Origin: a virus
DNA: 64,000 nt
Strand: one strand, 5' to 3'
IMG/VR virus record: IMGVR_UViG_3300000303_000010
Part shown: piece after piece, positions 20,977 through 32,174 of the stretch
Position numbering within the stretch: position 1 is the stretch's first letter
How the letters are laid out: each line of letters begins with the position of its first letter
Program-made: the position numbers and the translations under genes
The notes under the pieces: model-generated
Told to the model about the DNA's origin: nothing
The model's input: only the letters and a program-made list of their open reading frames with translations
The model's database searches: none

Positions 20977-22119
20977 ATGGCAAAGTTTTTAAATAAACTG
21001 GCAGAGGAAGTTAGCTCTGTTAGACAAGATATACATGAATATCGTGGTTCAGTTGTGGGTAGATCTGTAAGGGAATTTTATAAACACAGTTCCCTTATAG
21101 ATGGTGGGGCTCTAGAAAGTGCACAGGAAGTTATAACAGATACTTTTAATGGGTTAACCACTATTACTACTCCCTGGAGAGCTAGGATTACTCGTGATAG
21201 GTTAGCTCATGCTTTATACTATGAGCAAAAAGATCCATTAACAGAAGGAATAAATAAAGCTTTTAATGATGTATCCAATGGTTTAAAAAAGATTGCTTCT
21301 ATGGGAAAGAAGCAAACCAAGGAGAACAGATCTGAAAGGCAAACTAAAGAAAAGGAAAGAATAGTTGAGAATATCTCTCCATTTACAGATCGGAATGACC
21401 TATTCATTGCAGGTACTTTGATGGGCAGCATTATCACTGAAGGGGACCATATAGAATCTGCTATGTATGATTATAATTCTAATGTAGCTCGAAAGGAGGG
21501 TCATAATGCTTATATGTATATTTTAAATACCTCTAGTAAAAGCGAGGTAGGTTATGAATATATACCCATTCAGAATACTCCCAGTACATTTGAAGTAAAG
21601 CCTGAAACTTCATGGGCTACTTTAAAAAGTTTAGGTAGGAATACACCCTTCTATCAATACATAGGTTCTGAGGATACTATCAGTTTTGAAATATCTTGGT
21701 ATTGTAACAATTCCTTTAACTTTATGGAAGTACTACATAAATGTAGGTTATTGGAATCTTGGTCTAAGTCTGATGGTTATGGAGCTTCGCCTCCCATACT
21801 AAATATTGTTTTGGGAGAAGGTGACACTAAACTTACTCAGATGTTTCAAGGATTCGATTTTATTTTAACCGATGCTTCATATACCTTGAATAATTTACAA
21901 AGTTTAGAGGGGTTAATGAGTTATCTTACGGCTGAACGTACTGATCCTCGTGATAAAGTACCAAAATTGAGAAAGCCTATCCATACTAGATTTTTATATC
22001 CTTCTACGGCTGTTCAAAAGCTAACTTTTAAACGAGTAAGTACGAGAAATATTACTTGGGAGGATATAATAAGTTCGGATGCTAAAGGTAGTATTACAAA
22101 ATATAAATATAAGATATGA
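20977..22119 (+). CDS. Tail tube initiator / baseplate protein
   Basis: After the TMP. C-terminal half with GRNTPFYQYIGSEDTISFEISW and PPILNIVLG resembles contractile tube initiators. Confidence 0.6.
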   Translation: MAKFLNKLAEEVSSVRQDIHEYRGSVVGRSVREFYKHSSLIDGGALESAQEVITDTFNGLTTITTPWRARITRDRLAHALYYEQKDPLTEGINKAFNDVSNGLKKIASMGKKQTKENRSERQTKEKERIVENISPFTDRNDLFIAGTLMGSIITEGDHIESAMYDYNSNVARKEGHNAYMYILNTSSKSEVGYEYIPIQNTPSTFEVKPETSWATLKSLGRNTPFYQYIGSEDTISFEISWYCNNSFNFMEVLHKCRLLESWSKSDGYGASPPILNIVLGEGDTKLTQMFQGFDFILTDASYTLNNLQSLEGLMSYLTAERTDPRDKVPKLRKPIHTRFLYPSTAVQKLTFKRVSTRNITWEDIISSDAKGSITKYKYKI

Positions 22120-22406
22120 ATATAGAATCTGTGATGAAAACCATTTCTCCCTATAATGGAGCTTATGGTTACCTAGTTAATGGGGTTATGGAATTAGAAT
22201 CTCCTCATATATTCTATAATGAATCCGATATAATGGGTTCTCATACAGTATTACCAGGAGAAACATTACAACATATAGCTTATAAGTATTTCGGAGATTC
22301 TGGTGGATGGTTTAAAATAGCTATGGCTAACAATATATTAAACCCCTTCAAAGAGGTAAAAGATGGTATGATTTTAAAAATACCCTTCTATGAAAAACGA
22401 GAGTAA
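22116..22406 (+). CDS. LysM-domain baseplate protein (P2 gpX-like)
   Basis: HTVLPGETLQHIAYKYFGDSGGWFKIAMANNILNP...GMILKIP is a LysM signature. Confidence 0.85.
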   Translation: MNIESVMKTISPYNGAYGYLVNGVMELESPHIFYNESDIMGSHTVLPGETLQHIAYKYFGDSGGWFKIAMANNILNPFKEVKDGMILKIPFYEKRE

Positions 22407-22896
22407 ACCTATACTTCATAAAGGAACTGGTACTCCTTATTTGGCTTTGTTCGATAATAAAGGTAATCCTATTAGAGATCCTCAAACAGGAGATTATATC
22501 AGTTCTTTTATTAACTCTTTCAGGCATAAACTTGGAGGAGAAAATTCGGATGAGGATTCTCAATTAGTAGTAAACTTTAATTATAATAATCCAAACCTGA
22601 TCGATATAGACTCTTTACAAGCTAAAAGGTATATATTTTTTCAGTATGGATATGTTTTTCCCGATAGAAGTTTTACTAGTGGTCCAGTATATAGTATGAA
22701 AATACTGAGGTTTGATATGAATCTATCTCCTTCCGGATGTAATTTTACTTTATATGCTAAGGATACTTCCATAGATTTAAGATATGAAGGTACTTATATC
22801 CCCAATGGAGATAATGAGTATACTTTTAAAAAACTAATGGATACAGGTTTTAGTAATGGTACTCAGGATTACCCCGTTATAATACTTAAATTTTAG
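22390..22896 (+). CDS. Baseplate hub, N-terminal part (candidate)
   Basis: Beta-rich 168 aa (FFQYGYVFPD, NFTLYAKD) between LysM and the hub-like gene. Confidence 0.5.
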   Translation: MKNESKPILHKGTGTPYLALFDNKGNPIRDPQTGDYISSFINSFRHKLGGENSDEDSQLVVNFNYNNPNLIDIDSLQAKRYIFFQYGYVFPDRSFTSGPVYSMKILRFDMNLSPSGCNFTLYAKDTSIDLRYEGTYIPNGDNEYTFKKLMDTGFSNGTQDYPVIILKF

Positions 22897-22901
22897 TCGA
22901 T

Positions 22902-24380
22902 ATGAAAACCATTAATGAATCATGTTATGAATCTTTACACTTTGATAAAAATTCCACCTATAATTCGGGAGGTATTCTATTATACTGTAATGGGTTAGCG
23001 GGATTTCCTAAAGTAGAACCTACTGATCCCGAGTTAGTTGAATTGTTAGATACTAATTTAGGTATTAGAGGGAATAACGTATTAAGCCAATTAAAAACTT
23101 TGTTTTTAAACTATTCGGGAGGTCCTTGGTTTGTGGATTGTATAAATGGTATGATCGTAATTCATAATCAAGATTTTAAGGACACTCCTCGAGAATCCTA
23201 TACTTTTATGGGAGAACCTGGTGAGTTGTTAAAGGTAAATATCTCATTACAAGATAAGCGTACTGATAAGAAGAGGACTTCTTTATTAAACCAAACTCAG
23301 GATATATTTAATAAGGCTAAATCTGCACTTTCACAATATAAAAAACAGGAAGAAGCTAATAGAAGTCCATCCAGTAAATTAAGGGATCAAACTTTGGGTC
23401 AGATTTATGATCCTGTTACGAAAAAACCCATAGGTGAAGTACATTATAATCCTGATGGTTTATTAGTTGAAAATGCTCCTAATGTAAGTAAAGCTGATAG
23501 AATAGAAGTTGGGATGGCTGTAACCGGAGCAGCTTCTAGAAGATTAGCGGCTAATATTAAGGCTAAAGCGATTATGGCTAGAGACGTTAAGAATATAGAA
23601 TCTAGGTCTGAGATAAACATAAAGGAGTTAGCCGAACTCATAAATACGAGAGGTTCCGATCCTGATATATCAGCTGCTATACAGGATGCTTATGAAAATG
23701 GTATGATCACTATCAATGGAGAAGAATATATTATAATGACTCTTGATCCCGAATTAACTGGTAGGAATTTATCTGCGGTTACTTATAATGGCCATTTGGG
23801 TGGAGAGACTAATACTCGACAACTAGATAAGAATTCGGTATTTTCTGGAACTATAACTACCATAACTGAAGATAAGGCTATTGTAAGGAGTATTTCAAGG
23901 AATCGTTATAGTGGAAAAATTACGGAGGTTAATAAAAGCAGTATAAATCCTACATCTACTGCATGGAATAACCTATATGGTAATCCCAGTATAGCTTATA
24001 ATAGGGGTTATAAATTTCAAGGGGCTATTAAGGCATCACCTGTAGGAGTATTTAGACGGGATGAATTCAGGCAATTAACCGCTAATTATAATCCTACCGC
24101 GGCTGCTATTGTAAAATTTAGTAACGTATTGGATAGGTTAGAGAATACTATGAAGAATATCCTTAATCATAAAAGGGAAAAGGAACTAGTTTGCAGTATA
24201 ACTGTAGTGGGTAAACCCACTTTAGTATATAATCGAAATATTGATATATTGAATATTTCACGTAAATATTCCGGTACGTGGCATATTAGGGAAGTAGTAC
24301 ATACTCTTGATGTTAAACAGGGTTATACTACTTCAGCTGATTTAACTTTTGTAAAAGCTAAAGATCCTATAGTAAAATGA
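22902..24380 (+). CDS. Baseplate hub (gpD / gp27-like), C-terminal part
   Basis: C-terminal CSITVVGKPTL...YSGTWHIREVVHTL...GYTTSADL is typical of hub proteins. Confidence 0.65.
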   Translation: MKTINESCYESLHFDKNSTYNSGGILLYCNGLAGFPKVEPTDPELVELLDTNLGIRGNNVLSQLKTLFLNYSGGPWFVDCINGMIVIHNQDFKDTPRESYTFMGEPGELLKVNISLQDKRTDKKRTSLLNQTQDIFNKAKSALSQYKKQEEANRSPSSKLRDQTLGQIYDPVTKKPIGEVHYNPDGLLVENAPNVSKADRIEVGMAVTGAASRRLAANIKAKAIMARDVKNIESRSEINIKELAELINTRGSDPDISAAIQDAYENGMITINGEEYIIMTLDPELTGRNLSAVTYNGHLGGETNTRQLDKNSVFSGTITTITEDKAIVRSISRNRYSGKITEVNKSSINPTSTAWNNLYGNPSIAYNRGYKFQGAIKASPVGVFRRDEFRQLTANYNPTAAAIVKFSNVLDRLENTMKNILNHKREKELVCSITVVGKPTLVYNRNIDILNISRKYSGTWHIREVVHTLDVKQGYTTSADLTFVKAKDPIVK

Positions 24381-25033
24381 ATGGTTTAGATTTATTATTC
24401 GATAATGGTATAGAGGCTATAGGTAGATTCTATTCTTACTATCAAGGTAATGTATTAGAAGTAGACAAATACCCTCTACTAAAAATAGAAGTAGTATCTT
24501 TGGGATATACTTTATCTACCGTAAGCCTATTAGGTTGGAGAGGTAATGGTTGGGGTACTAAAGGTATAACTCCTCAAGTAGGAGATAGTGTATGGGTTAT
24601 ATTTTTAAATGGGGATGTAGCTAATCCCTACTGGTTACCAGATGGTACTTGGAGAAAGCCACAAGAATTACCTCTAGAATTAATGCCCGAAGAAGTTTTT
24701 GGAGTAGTTACCCCTAGAGGTAATTCCTTATATATGGATGATAAAACAGGAGATATTCATATAAATACTCAAGGTACTGTATATGTAGATAGTGAGAGTA
24801 ATATTATATTTAATCAAGGAAAGAAGGGAGGTTTAATAAATATCTTAGACCTTACTAATAAACTTAATAATTTAGTCCAGGAAGTAAACCAGTTAAGATC
24901 TTTATTCAATATACATACCCACTATGGAGTACAACCTGGTTCTGGTTTAACGGGTAATCCCTCTTCATCCATGAATAAGTCCATCACTAGATTTGATTCC
25001 TCAGATTATGAGGATACAAAAGTTAAACATTAA
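24377..25033 (+). CDS. Baseplate central spike (gpV-like)
   Basis: N-terminal OB fold (PQVGDSVWVIFLNGDVANPYW); C-terminal HxH metal motif HTHYGVQPG. Confidence 0.85.
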   Translation: MNGLDLLFDNGIEAIGRFYSYYQGNVLEVDKYPLLKIEVVSLGYTLSTVSLLGWRGNGWGTKGITPQVGDSVWVIFLNGDVANPYWLPDGTWRKPQELPLELMPEEVFGVVTPRGNSLYMDDKTGDIHINTQGTVYVDSESNIIFNQGKKGGLINILDLTNKLNNLVQEVNQLRSLFNIHTHYGVQPGSGLTGNPSSSMNKSITRFDSSDYEDTKVKH

Positions 25034-25044
25034 ATAAACTAAAG

Positions 25045-25446
25045 ATGGAAACACAGAGAAATTTAATTGGTAATGGAGTTTTATTCCCTATAAAACTTAC
25101 CCATAGTGATAATGGTGTAGGATGGTATCCTGTAAAGGAGGATCCTAATCTAATAAAACACAATCTTATTACCTTGATAAGTTATAATATAGGTAGTAGA
25201 TTTAGGCAAGAATACTACGGTACTAAAATATGGAGTTTATTAGAAGAACCTGCTTTACCTATTCTATTCTATTTGGCCAATAAGTTTATATCCGAGAGTA
25301 TAGATACTTGGGAACCTCGTATATCCTTCTCTAATATAAGTGGATCTTTGGAGGGTGATAGAATTGTATTGAACCTTAGTTATATCCTTAGTGGCACTAC
25401 TACTGTAGAAAATCTGAAATTAGAATTTAATAACTTAAACACTTAA
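25045..25446 (+). CDS. Baseplate wedge gp25/gpW-like
   Basis: IGSRFRQEYYGT...IDTWEPRI motif. Confidence 0.85.
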   Translation: METQRNLIGNGVLFPIKLTHSDNGVGWYPVKEDPNLIKHNLITLISYNIGSRFRQEYYGTKIWSLLEEPALPILFYLANKFISESIDTWEPRISFSNISGSLEGDRIVLNLSYILSGTTTVENLKLEFNNLNT

Positions 25447-25450
25447 CATC

Positions 25451-27148
25451 ATGGCATTCTTAAATAAATGGTTGGAACCATATCAGAGATCATTCATCAG
25501 TATTAAGAGTAAATTACTTTTAGAACTTGATAATATCAAGGATGATGAAGGTAAACCCTTGATTACGGATAAATCCGAAGGGAACATTTTAGTACTTTTA
25601 ATCTCGATGTTTTCAGCAATAGCTGAAGTATTACATTTTTACATTGATAGAGTTGGAGAAGAGAGTTTTCTTGGTACAGCTAACCGTAGAGAATCTCTAG
25701 TCCGTCATGCTAACTCAGTAGATTATAATTTAAAGAGTTATAACCCTGCTACAGTAGATGTAATACTATCTCGAGAAGATACCTCTTCTACGGTGATATT
25801 ATCTTCTACTACTGTTCTAGAAGATTCTCAAGGATTGCCTTGGAAATTAATCAGAGATGAGGTGTTCCCTAAAAATGCCTCTTTAAAAACCGTAAGTTTA
25901 ATCCAGGTATCAGATTTAGTTTCTAAACAAATCCCCATAGAGGATATTGATGATGAGGGTAATTTAATCGTAGAGGGTTTTTCTAATGAATATTATTATG
26001 CAGAAGGTACTATGTCTTTGAGTATCTCTGGAGAAACCTATACATTAGTAGATAGTTTTAGTAAGGCTAAATCTACTGATACCGTGTTCAAAGTTACTCC
26101 TCTTAATAATACTTCGGTATTAGTTACTTTTGGAGATGGTCAATTTGGTAAAAAACCTTCCACTACGGGAACTATATTTTGTACATATCGAGTTACTAGT
26201 GGTTCTAGAGGTAATATCCCCGTAGGAACTTTAGATATTACTTGGCCTAATCATTCAGATATCCAAATAAAGAATGTTACTCCTGGTAGTGGAGGTTTTA
26301 ATATAGAGAATGGGGAAGTTTTACGCAACAGGATATCGGCTTCTATAAAAACTTTGGATGTAGCTATTTCTAAAGAAGATTTTAGGGATTTAGCTTTAAC
26401 TAGATCAGGAGTTGGTCAAGCTGCTATAGAATATGAGTGTGGTAGAAAACTTAATATTTATATAGCTACTACTGAAGGTAATGTTCCTAGCAAAGGATTA
26501 TGTTCAGATGTAAAAAATTATATTCAACAGCATTGTCCTCTGACTACTTGGCTGGATGTTAAACCTGTAGGAATTACTCCTATTGTATTAGAGGTTAATA
26601 TTACAGGGAAGAAATCTTATAAGAAAGATTATATACAAAATCAAGTAATTCTAGCACTTAATAATAGATATTCTGCTGGCAATACTAAAATAAACGAGGC
26701 AGTAAGATTATCCGATATATATGCACTTATAGATAATCTGGAATCGGTAGATTACCTTACTATCTCTAAATTTTATTTAGTACCTTGGCCTAAAAGGTTA
26801 AGTGGAGGTTCACAATTAAATATAGGGACTTACACTTTAACTAAATGTAACAATCCTCAAGAATATATCCTGGTAAAAACTCGCTATAGTTGGGCAGTAT
26901 ATTCCAAGTATAATAATACAACTAACTTACAGTTAAGTACCGGTAATGATATTAAAGTAGAGGATAAAAACAATGGTAACTCATTTACTATAGCTTTTGA
27001 CCCAACTACTGAATTACCCTCTGAAGGATCTAGGTATTCTATTTATATAACTTGGGGAAATGCTACTACCCAAGATCCTGGATTTAATCTTCCTGTGATA
27101 GATACTTCTTCTAATAATGTTACTTTAAATATAACAGAAACCTTATGA
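25451..27148 (+). CDS. Baseplate wedge protein (gpJ / T4 gp6-like)
   Basis: FYIDRVGEESFLGTA, VTFGDGQFGKKP, YRVTSGSRGN and AISKEDF motifs. Confidence 0.88.
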   Translation: MAFLNKWLEPYQRSFISIKSKLLLELDNIKDDEGKPLITDKSEGNILVLLISMFSAIAEVLHFYIDRVGEESFLGTANRRESLVRHANSVDYNLKSYNPATVDVILSREDTSSTVILSSTTVLEDSQGLPWKLIRDEVFPKNASLKTVSLIQVSDLVSKQIPIEDIDDEGNLIVEGFSNEYYYAEGTMSLSISGETYTLVDSFSKAKSTDTVFKVTPLNNTSVLVTFGDGQFGKKPSTTGTIFCTYRVTSGSRGNIPVGTLDITWPNHSDIQIKNVTPGSGGFNIENGEVLRNRISASIKTLDVAISKEDFRDLALTRSGVGQAAIEYECGRKLNIYIATTEGNVPSKGLCSDVKNYIQQHCPLTTWLDVKPVGITPIVLEVNITGKKSYKKDYIQNQVILALNNRYSAGNTKINEAVRLSDIYALIDNLESVDYLTISKFYLVPWPKRLSGGSQLNIGTYTLTKCNNPQEYILVKTRYSWAVYSKYNNTTNLQLSTGNDIKVEDKNNGNSFTIAFDPTTELPSEGSRYSIYITWGNATTQDPGFNLPVIDTSSNNVTLNITETL

Positions 27149-30100
27149 TGGATCTTAAAAAACTTATAGATCTCTTACCATATTACTTTAAGGAAAACGA
27201 TACTTATAAGGATTCTAATGGTAAGGGCATCTTAGAGCGTTTTCTAGAGATTTGTGGAGGATACTTTGAAGATCAAGTAGTGTCTAACACTGAGTCTTTA
27301 CTAGAAAATTTAGATGTAGAGAAATGCCCAGAGCATTTCCTACAATATTTTTGGGAATGGTTCGGATGTATACCTTATGCCGAGGGAGAATTTATTGACC
27401 CTAACAAATGGGCTCAATATTACAATGGCTTTGATTCCAAAGAGGAATATGAAGCTAAGAAGTATCACTGGATATACCAGAATGCTAAGGATCCTCTGAA
27501 TCTTTCTATGGATACTAAAAGAAGGATCCTTAAGTATGCTATCTCCTTATTGAAGTGCCGAGGTTCAAGGATATTCTTCGAAACTATGTTTAGGCTTTAT
27601 GGTATAGAGTTATACGAAGATATAATCAATGGTATAGAAACTGGAGAGGTACAAGATAGTACTAGAGACATTATTTTCGATGACCAAGATTATACCCAGT
27701 TCGATATAAACCACTTCGATAAGGAAAGATTCTGTACTCAATGTATACCTGTATATTTCAAAATCAAATACAAGGGGTCAGGAGATAAAGATTCGGAGGA
27801 GTTTAGGAATTTTGTTAATGCAGTAACTAATTTCATAAACAAGTATATACCTTTTAATGCTCATCCAATAATTAAATTCTATGATGGAGATACGGGTAGT
27901 TCTATAGACTATAATAAGATCTTTTACATTAGAGTAACCAATTTGGTTAATGGAGAAAGTATCTTATCTTCTTCTCGAGTAGATTCCGAAGGTAGTTCTA
28001 AAAATAACATTTTGACAATAAATCCCATTATTATAGGTTCTACTAAAATTCGCTATAAAGTGGATGTTTGGTCAGAAGAAGATCCTACAGGAGAAAATTC
28101 TACCTGGGCATTCTACGATGATTTAGATATTATTAATTGGGAAGGAGTAGTTATAGGTCAACAATTTAAAACTAATAAACAGGGGATTTTCACATTTACT
28201 TCGGAGGATTCTCGTAGGGTTATATATAATGTACAATCCTTACAAGCTCTTAGAGCTCAAGATACTAATGTACAACTTATAGCTTCCGTTAGCATCCTAC
28301 ACGGAGAGGATATCAAACAACCTAGTTATCAATATGTAAGGTATGAATGGTTAACCAAAGTAGTTACTCAGGAGGGTAAAGAGATATATAACCCATCTTC
28401 TATAAATGTGAATGATAGGTTTTATATAAGAACCATAAAATTTTCTAGGAATGAACAGGGTGTATTAGAGATAGATTATAAACCTACTGTAGAGGTAATA
28501 CCAGTACCCTTGGACACTCAGATGATAGTAAACCTTCCTTCAGGAGAATGGAGAGAAATTACTAACTTAGTTCCAGGAGAATATTATTTAGGTATAGAGG
28601 GTACTAACTATGGTTCATGGATAAAGATAACCGAGGATAGTTTTAATTTCTTGGTTACTTGTACTCCTGATAAACAATCCGTAAATTTTGCTTCAGAAGC
28701 TGAACGAGTATTAATCACTATCATTCCTGAAAATGTAAAAGAAGGTACTGATGCTTATAATCGAGCTATGAACATGATAAATGGTAAGAATGTTCTTTAT
28801 AGTAAGAAGGATAATCTTACCTTTACGTATAGGGAGGGTGGTTATTACTATACTTCAGGTAGAATTAAAGATTTTGGTATATATGACTTTACCTGTACTC
28901 TTAATAGGGCTAATATAAGAGAAGTACAGCCCTACATGGGTAGATTTTTTATAAATCGTGCCAGTACTTTTAATACTTGGGCTAATATAGATTCTATTAC
29001 TCCTAATCCCTTAGATTTAACTCCCACTGATGATAACCCTAATCCTAATAGGATATTAACCATAAGAGTATCTAAGTCTACGGGATTAGATAGTGAAAAT
29101 ATAACTAGGGGAGAGATATATGTAACCGTTCATTGTGATTTAGATAAACCCAATGAATATACTTACGGAGACAAATGGTTTAATCAATATGCGGGTAATA
29201 GAGTAAGGCCTGGGTATTACCGATTCACAGGTATACAGGAATTACAGGATATAAATCATGGTATGTTTTCATTAGAAGTACCTTTTGTTCAATATGAAGA
29301 ATTAGGTGAATCTGGGGAAAAACTTCGGGATAATGCTTATAAGGGTTATTTGGAAATAGAATTTAGGTACAATTCTCCCAATGGGATCCATATCTCTGAT
29401 CCTTTAGATGCTTATGTTACTTATAACCCAAGTGCAATCTATACACCAGAGTTTATTTCCATTATCCCTAAGAATTTAATTGAAAGGAATTGGTATGATT
29501 ACAACAGCGGAAAAGAAATAAACTGGAGTCAAAAATACCAGGGTACTCCAGAAACTGAAAACAATCCCTGTGTTGGTCAGGTAATATATCAAAAAACTTC
29601 TGATAATAGTGAAGCTGTATTTAGAATATATGGGGCTGACTTAACATCTTATACACTAGTTACAGAAGATGGTATCACTACTGAAGTAGAAGATATAGAT
29701 GCTAAAGAGATACATTTAAAAGAAGTAGGTACTTATACTTTTAATACTACTTTCCGAGAAAATCCCCTAGAACCTCCTTCGGAAGGAAATAACTGGAAGG
29801 ATATCATTGTAGTTGTTAAAGACTTTGTACCTACAACAAATATCTCTTGTTATCCTACACAGGAGATTATAGATAATGGGCCTTACCAAAATGGTACTAT
29901 TCAGGAGATAAATTTGGTACTTACTCCAGATAACCCTCGGTATTCTCATAGGGTAGTTATTTTTGATGGTGTTTATGTAAATGAAAGTGGAGGCTTATCT
30001 TTTAATGAAGGTGTAACTCCTACTTCTAAAATATATGAAGCTTCGATGGCATTAACCAATATTGCCATACTAAATAAACCTGGAGCGGTAATTTGTTGGG

Positions 30101-32172
30101 AAGGTAATTTCAAGACTCAACGAGAAAATTATACTTTGGAGGATTGGGTTAATAATCGTAAGGATGATTGGGTACTAGGAGTTAATTATTGTACCTATAA
30201 TTTTAACGATAAGAATGGTTTGATACATAGTATAGAGGTTAATCCCGAAACGGATTATATTAATCTAGAAAAATCCACGGCTTCTACTACAGCTATATTA
30301 AGGGACTCCTATGGAAATATACTTAGTGGGGATGATTATTTAATACGAGCTGTATATAGGTTTAACCTCGAGGGAGTATCGGGAGTTCAAGAAAAAACTC
30401 TTATACAAGCTTCACCTTTTGAATTCGAAATAGATTTTATACCTCTGGATAATAAGGTAGAATTCTATGCAGAGGGTAATAGTGAATTAGATCCAGCTGT
30501 ATTTAACATTACCGATGTAAAACCAAAAGTTGGAAGTATTCACATAGTTACTCCTGATGTTACAGAAGTAAGTCCTTGGACTGGACCTCATGAATTAGAG
30601 TTTCAGATTTTAGATAGTAACGGTAATAATATATCCAACGGACAGTTTACCCCAGCATATCTAAGGTCAGTATTGACTGTAAAAGATTCTCAAGGAAAGT
30701 TATATGATCCTGATGCCGGCTACCGTATAGAAAAGGGTTCTAACAGTTGGATCTTGATATTTTATAATCCCCCTATTTGGGAAGCTACGGGTAGTATTAC
30801 TATATCTATGGAAGGGTCTGAGGGTACTTGGCATTATACTTCTAAAGAGCCTGTAGTTCCTAGTGAATTAGAATTATATGATTTAGGAGTTGGTCAAAAC
30901 GAAACTTATATACCTGGAAGTTGGATTTGTAAATTTAGGATTAAACAATCTGATGGCAGTTATATGAGTTATTCAGATTTTCTTCTGAATGGTAATAAGG
31001 GTATCTTATATATTAATGGTAAAGCCATTACATCTATAGATTATAATCCAGGAGAAACTGATTATGACCATTTCTATATGGAAAGTAGTTCTGATGGAAA
31101 TGGTATATTGTATTTTAATCTTAGTGAAAGCCCCTCTCAGATATACTGGGAATGGAATAACCTAAGATCTAATACTCTTACAGCTGAGGGTGAACCCGAG
31201 GTAACTTCTTATAAGACTTTAGGTATATTAGTAGGCGCAGAATCTTCTGGTGTATTAGGAGGTGATCTTAATGAAATGCCTTGGCAATATCCTGATCAGG
31301 GAGTTAGAAAAGAAGTAACTTTACCAGTATGGGCAAGTCCTAGTACAGATAATAGTAGTTGGTTACATGGTCCATTCTTCATATGTGTATTGGAGGTATT
31401 TACAGATGGTCGTTTTGAAGCTAGACCAACAGATACTTTTGAAATGATCTCGGATAATAGTGAAGGCTTCTTACTTACTACTTTTGATAAACCCAGTCCA
31501 GAAGCTGGTATGATTGCAGTAGTTAAGGATAAACCTATGAATTGGGGAGAGGAAGGTGGAACTTTTGCTACACTATGGGATAAAGCCTTATACATTTCTA
31601 GAGAGTATGAGTTCAAAGTATCAGGTCAATCTAAAGGTGTTTTATTAGTAAAGGCTTCTAATGAAGATCAAGAACCTCCTACTATAAATGATTTGATTAT
31701 TACCTTTGGAGTAAACTCTTCTTTCTCGGGAGATCATAAGGATACTTTTAAATATGGTATAACCTTTGATATGGACTTGCAGACTAAGGATGGCTTCTCA
31801 GTTTCAGGTATTTTCCAATTATCTCGAAAGGATGATGGGTCTTTTGAAAGTGTAGCTCATGAATATACCTTTGATAGGCAGGGATCTAAGTTTGATTTCA
31901 GTATACTTAAGTCTAGTGTAATCCATTACTTATATTCAAGTGGTCAAAATACTCAACCAGAGACTGGATGTAACTTCGAACTTCAAATAGAATCTCTCAA
32001 TGATACTTGTAAAGTTATTACTGGAGGAGATAATTCCTCTGTGGCTTATTTAAAGCCCCATGATTGGCATACTACTAAGGAATATCCCTTAGTATCTGAT
32101 CGTAACTTCAGTGTGGAGATTAATAAGTCTGGAGATATACATCTTTATATACAACTAACGTTATCTAATTAA
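27145..32172 (+). CDS. Baseplate wedge gpI-like domain fused to a long beta-rich (Ig-like) arm
   Basis: The first ~150 aa resemble P2 gpI (LDVEKCPEHFLQYFWEWFG...RRILKYAISLLKCRGS). The remaining ~1500 aa are beta-strand rich. Confidence 0.6.
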   Translation: MMDLKKLIDLLPYYFKENDTYKDSNGKGILERFLEICGGYFEDQVVSNTESLLENLDVEKCPEHFLQYFWEWFGCIPYAEGEFIDPNKWAQYYNGFDSKEEYEAKKYHWIYQNAKDPLNLSMDTKRRILKYAISLLKCRGSRIFFETMFRLYGIELYEDIINGIETGEVQDSTRDIIFDDQDYTQFDINHFDKERFCTQCIPVYFKIKYKGSGDKDSEEFRNFVNAVTNFINKYIPFNAHPIIKFYDGDTGSSIDYNKIFYIRVTNLVNGESILSSSRVDSEGSSKNNILTINPIIIGSTKIRYKVDVWSEEDPTGENSTWAFYDDLDIINWEGVVIGQQFKTNKQGIFTFTSEDSRRVIYNVQSLQALRAQDTNVQLIASVSILHGEDIKQPSYQYVRYEWLTKVVTQEGKEIYNPSSINVNDRFYIRTIKFSRNEQGVLEIDYKPTVEVIPVPLDTQMIVNLPSGEWREITNLVPGEYYLGIEGTNYGSWIKITEDSFNFLVTCTPDKQSVNFASEAERVLITIIPENVKEGTDAYNRAMNMINGKNVLYSKKDNLTFTYREGGYYYTSGRIKDFGIYDFTCTLNRANIREVQPYMGRFFINRASTFNTWANIDSITPNPLDLTPTDDNPNPNRILTIRVSKSTGLDSENITRGEIYVTVHCDLDKPNEYTYGDKWFNQYAGNRVRPGYYRFTGIQELQDINHGMFSLEVPFVQYEELGESGEKLRDNAYKGYLEIEFRYNSPNGIHISDPLDAYVTYNPSAIYTPEFISIIPKNLIERNWYDYNSGKEINWSQKYQGTPETENNPCVGQVIYQKTSDNSEAVFRIYGADLTSYTLVTEDGITTEVEDIDAKEIHLKEVGTYTFNTTFRENPLEPPSEGNNWKDIIVVVKDFVPTTNISCYPTQEIIDNGPYQNGTIQEINLVLTPDNPRYSHRVVIFDGVYVNESGGLSFNEGVTPTSKIYEASMALTNIAILNKPGAVICWEGNFKTQRENYTLEDWVNNRKDDWVLGVNYCTYNFNDKNGLIHSIEVNPETDYINLEKSTASTTAILRDSYGNILSGDDYLIRAVYRFNLEGVSGVQEKTLIQASPFEFEIDFIPLDNKVEFYAEGNSELDPAVFNITDVKPKVGSIHIVTPDVTEVSPWTGPHELEFQILDSNGNNISNGQFTPAYLRSVLTVKDSQGKLYDPDAGYRIEKGSNSWILIFYNPPIWEATGSITISMEGSEGTWHYTSKEPVVPSELELYDLGVGQNETYIPGSWICKFRIKQSDGSYMSYSDFLLNGNKGILYINGKAITSIDYNPGETDYDHFYMESSSDGNGILYFNLSESPSQIYWEWNNLRSNTLTAEGEPEVTSYKTLGILVGAESSGVLGGDLNEMPWQYPDQGVRKEVTLPVWASPSTDNSSWLHGPFFICVLEVFTDGRFEARPTDTFEMISDNSEGFLLTTFDKPSPEAGMIAVVKDKPMNWGEEGGTFATLWDKALYISREYEFKVSGQSKGVLLVKASNEDQEPPTINDLIITFGVNSSFSGDHKDTFKYGITFDMDLQTKDGFSVSGIFQLSRKDDGSFESVAHEYTFDRQGSKFDFSILKSSVIHYLYSSGQNTQPETGCNFELQIESLNDTCKVITGGDNSSVAYLKPHDWHTTKEYPLVSDRNFSVEINKSGDIHLYIQLTLSN

Positions 32173-32174
32173 GA

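Noticed and set aside
22894-22904. TAG readthrough joining the two hub-like ORFs
   Set aside because: 22390 and 22902 are in different frames, and no slippery heptamer was noticed.
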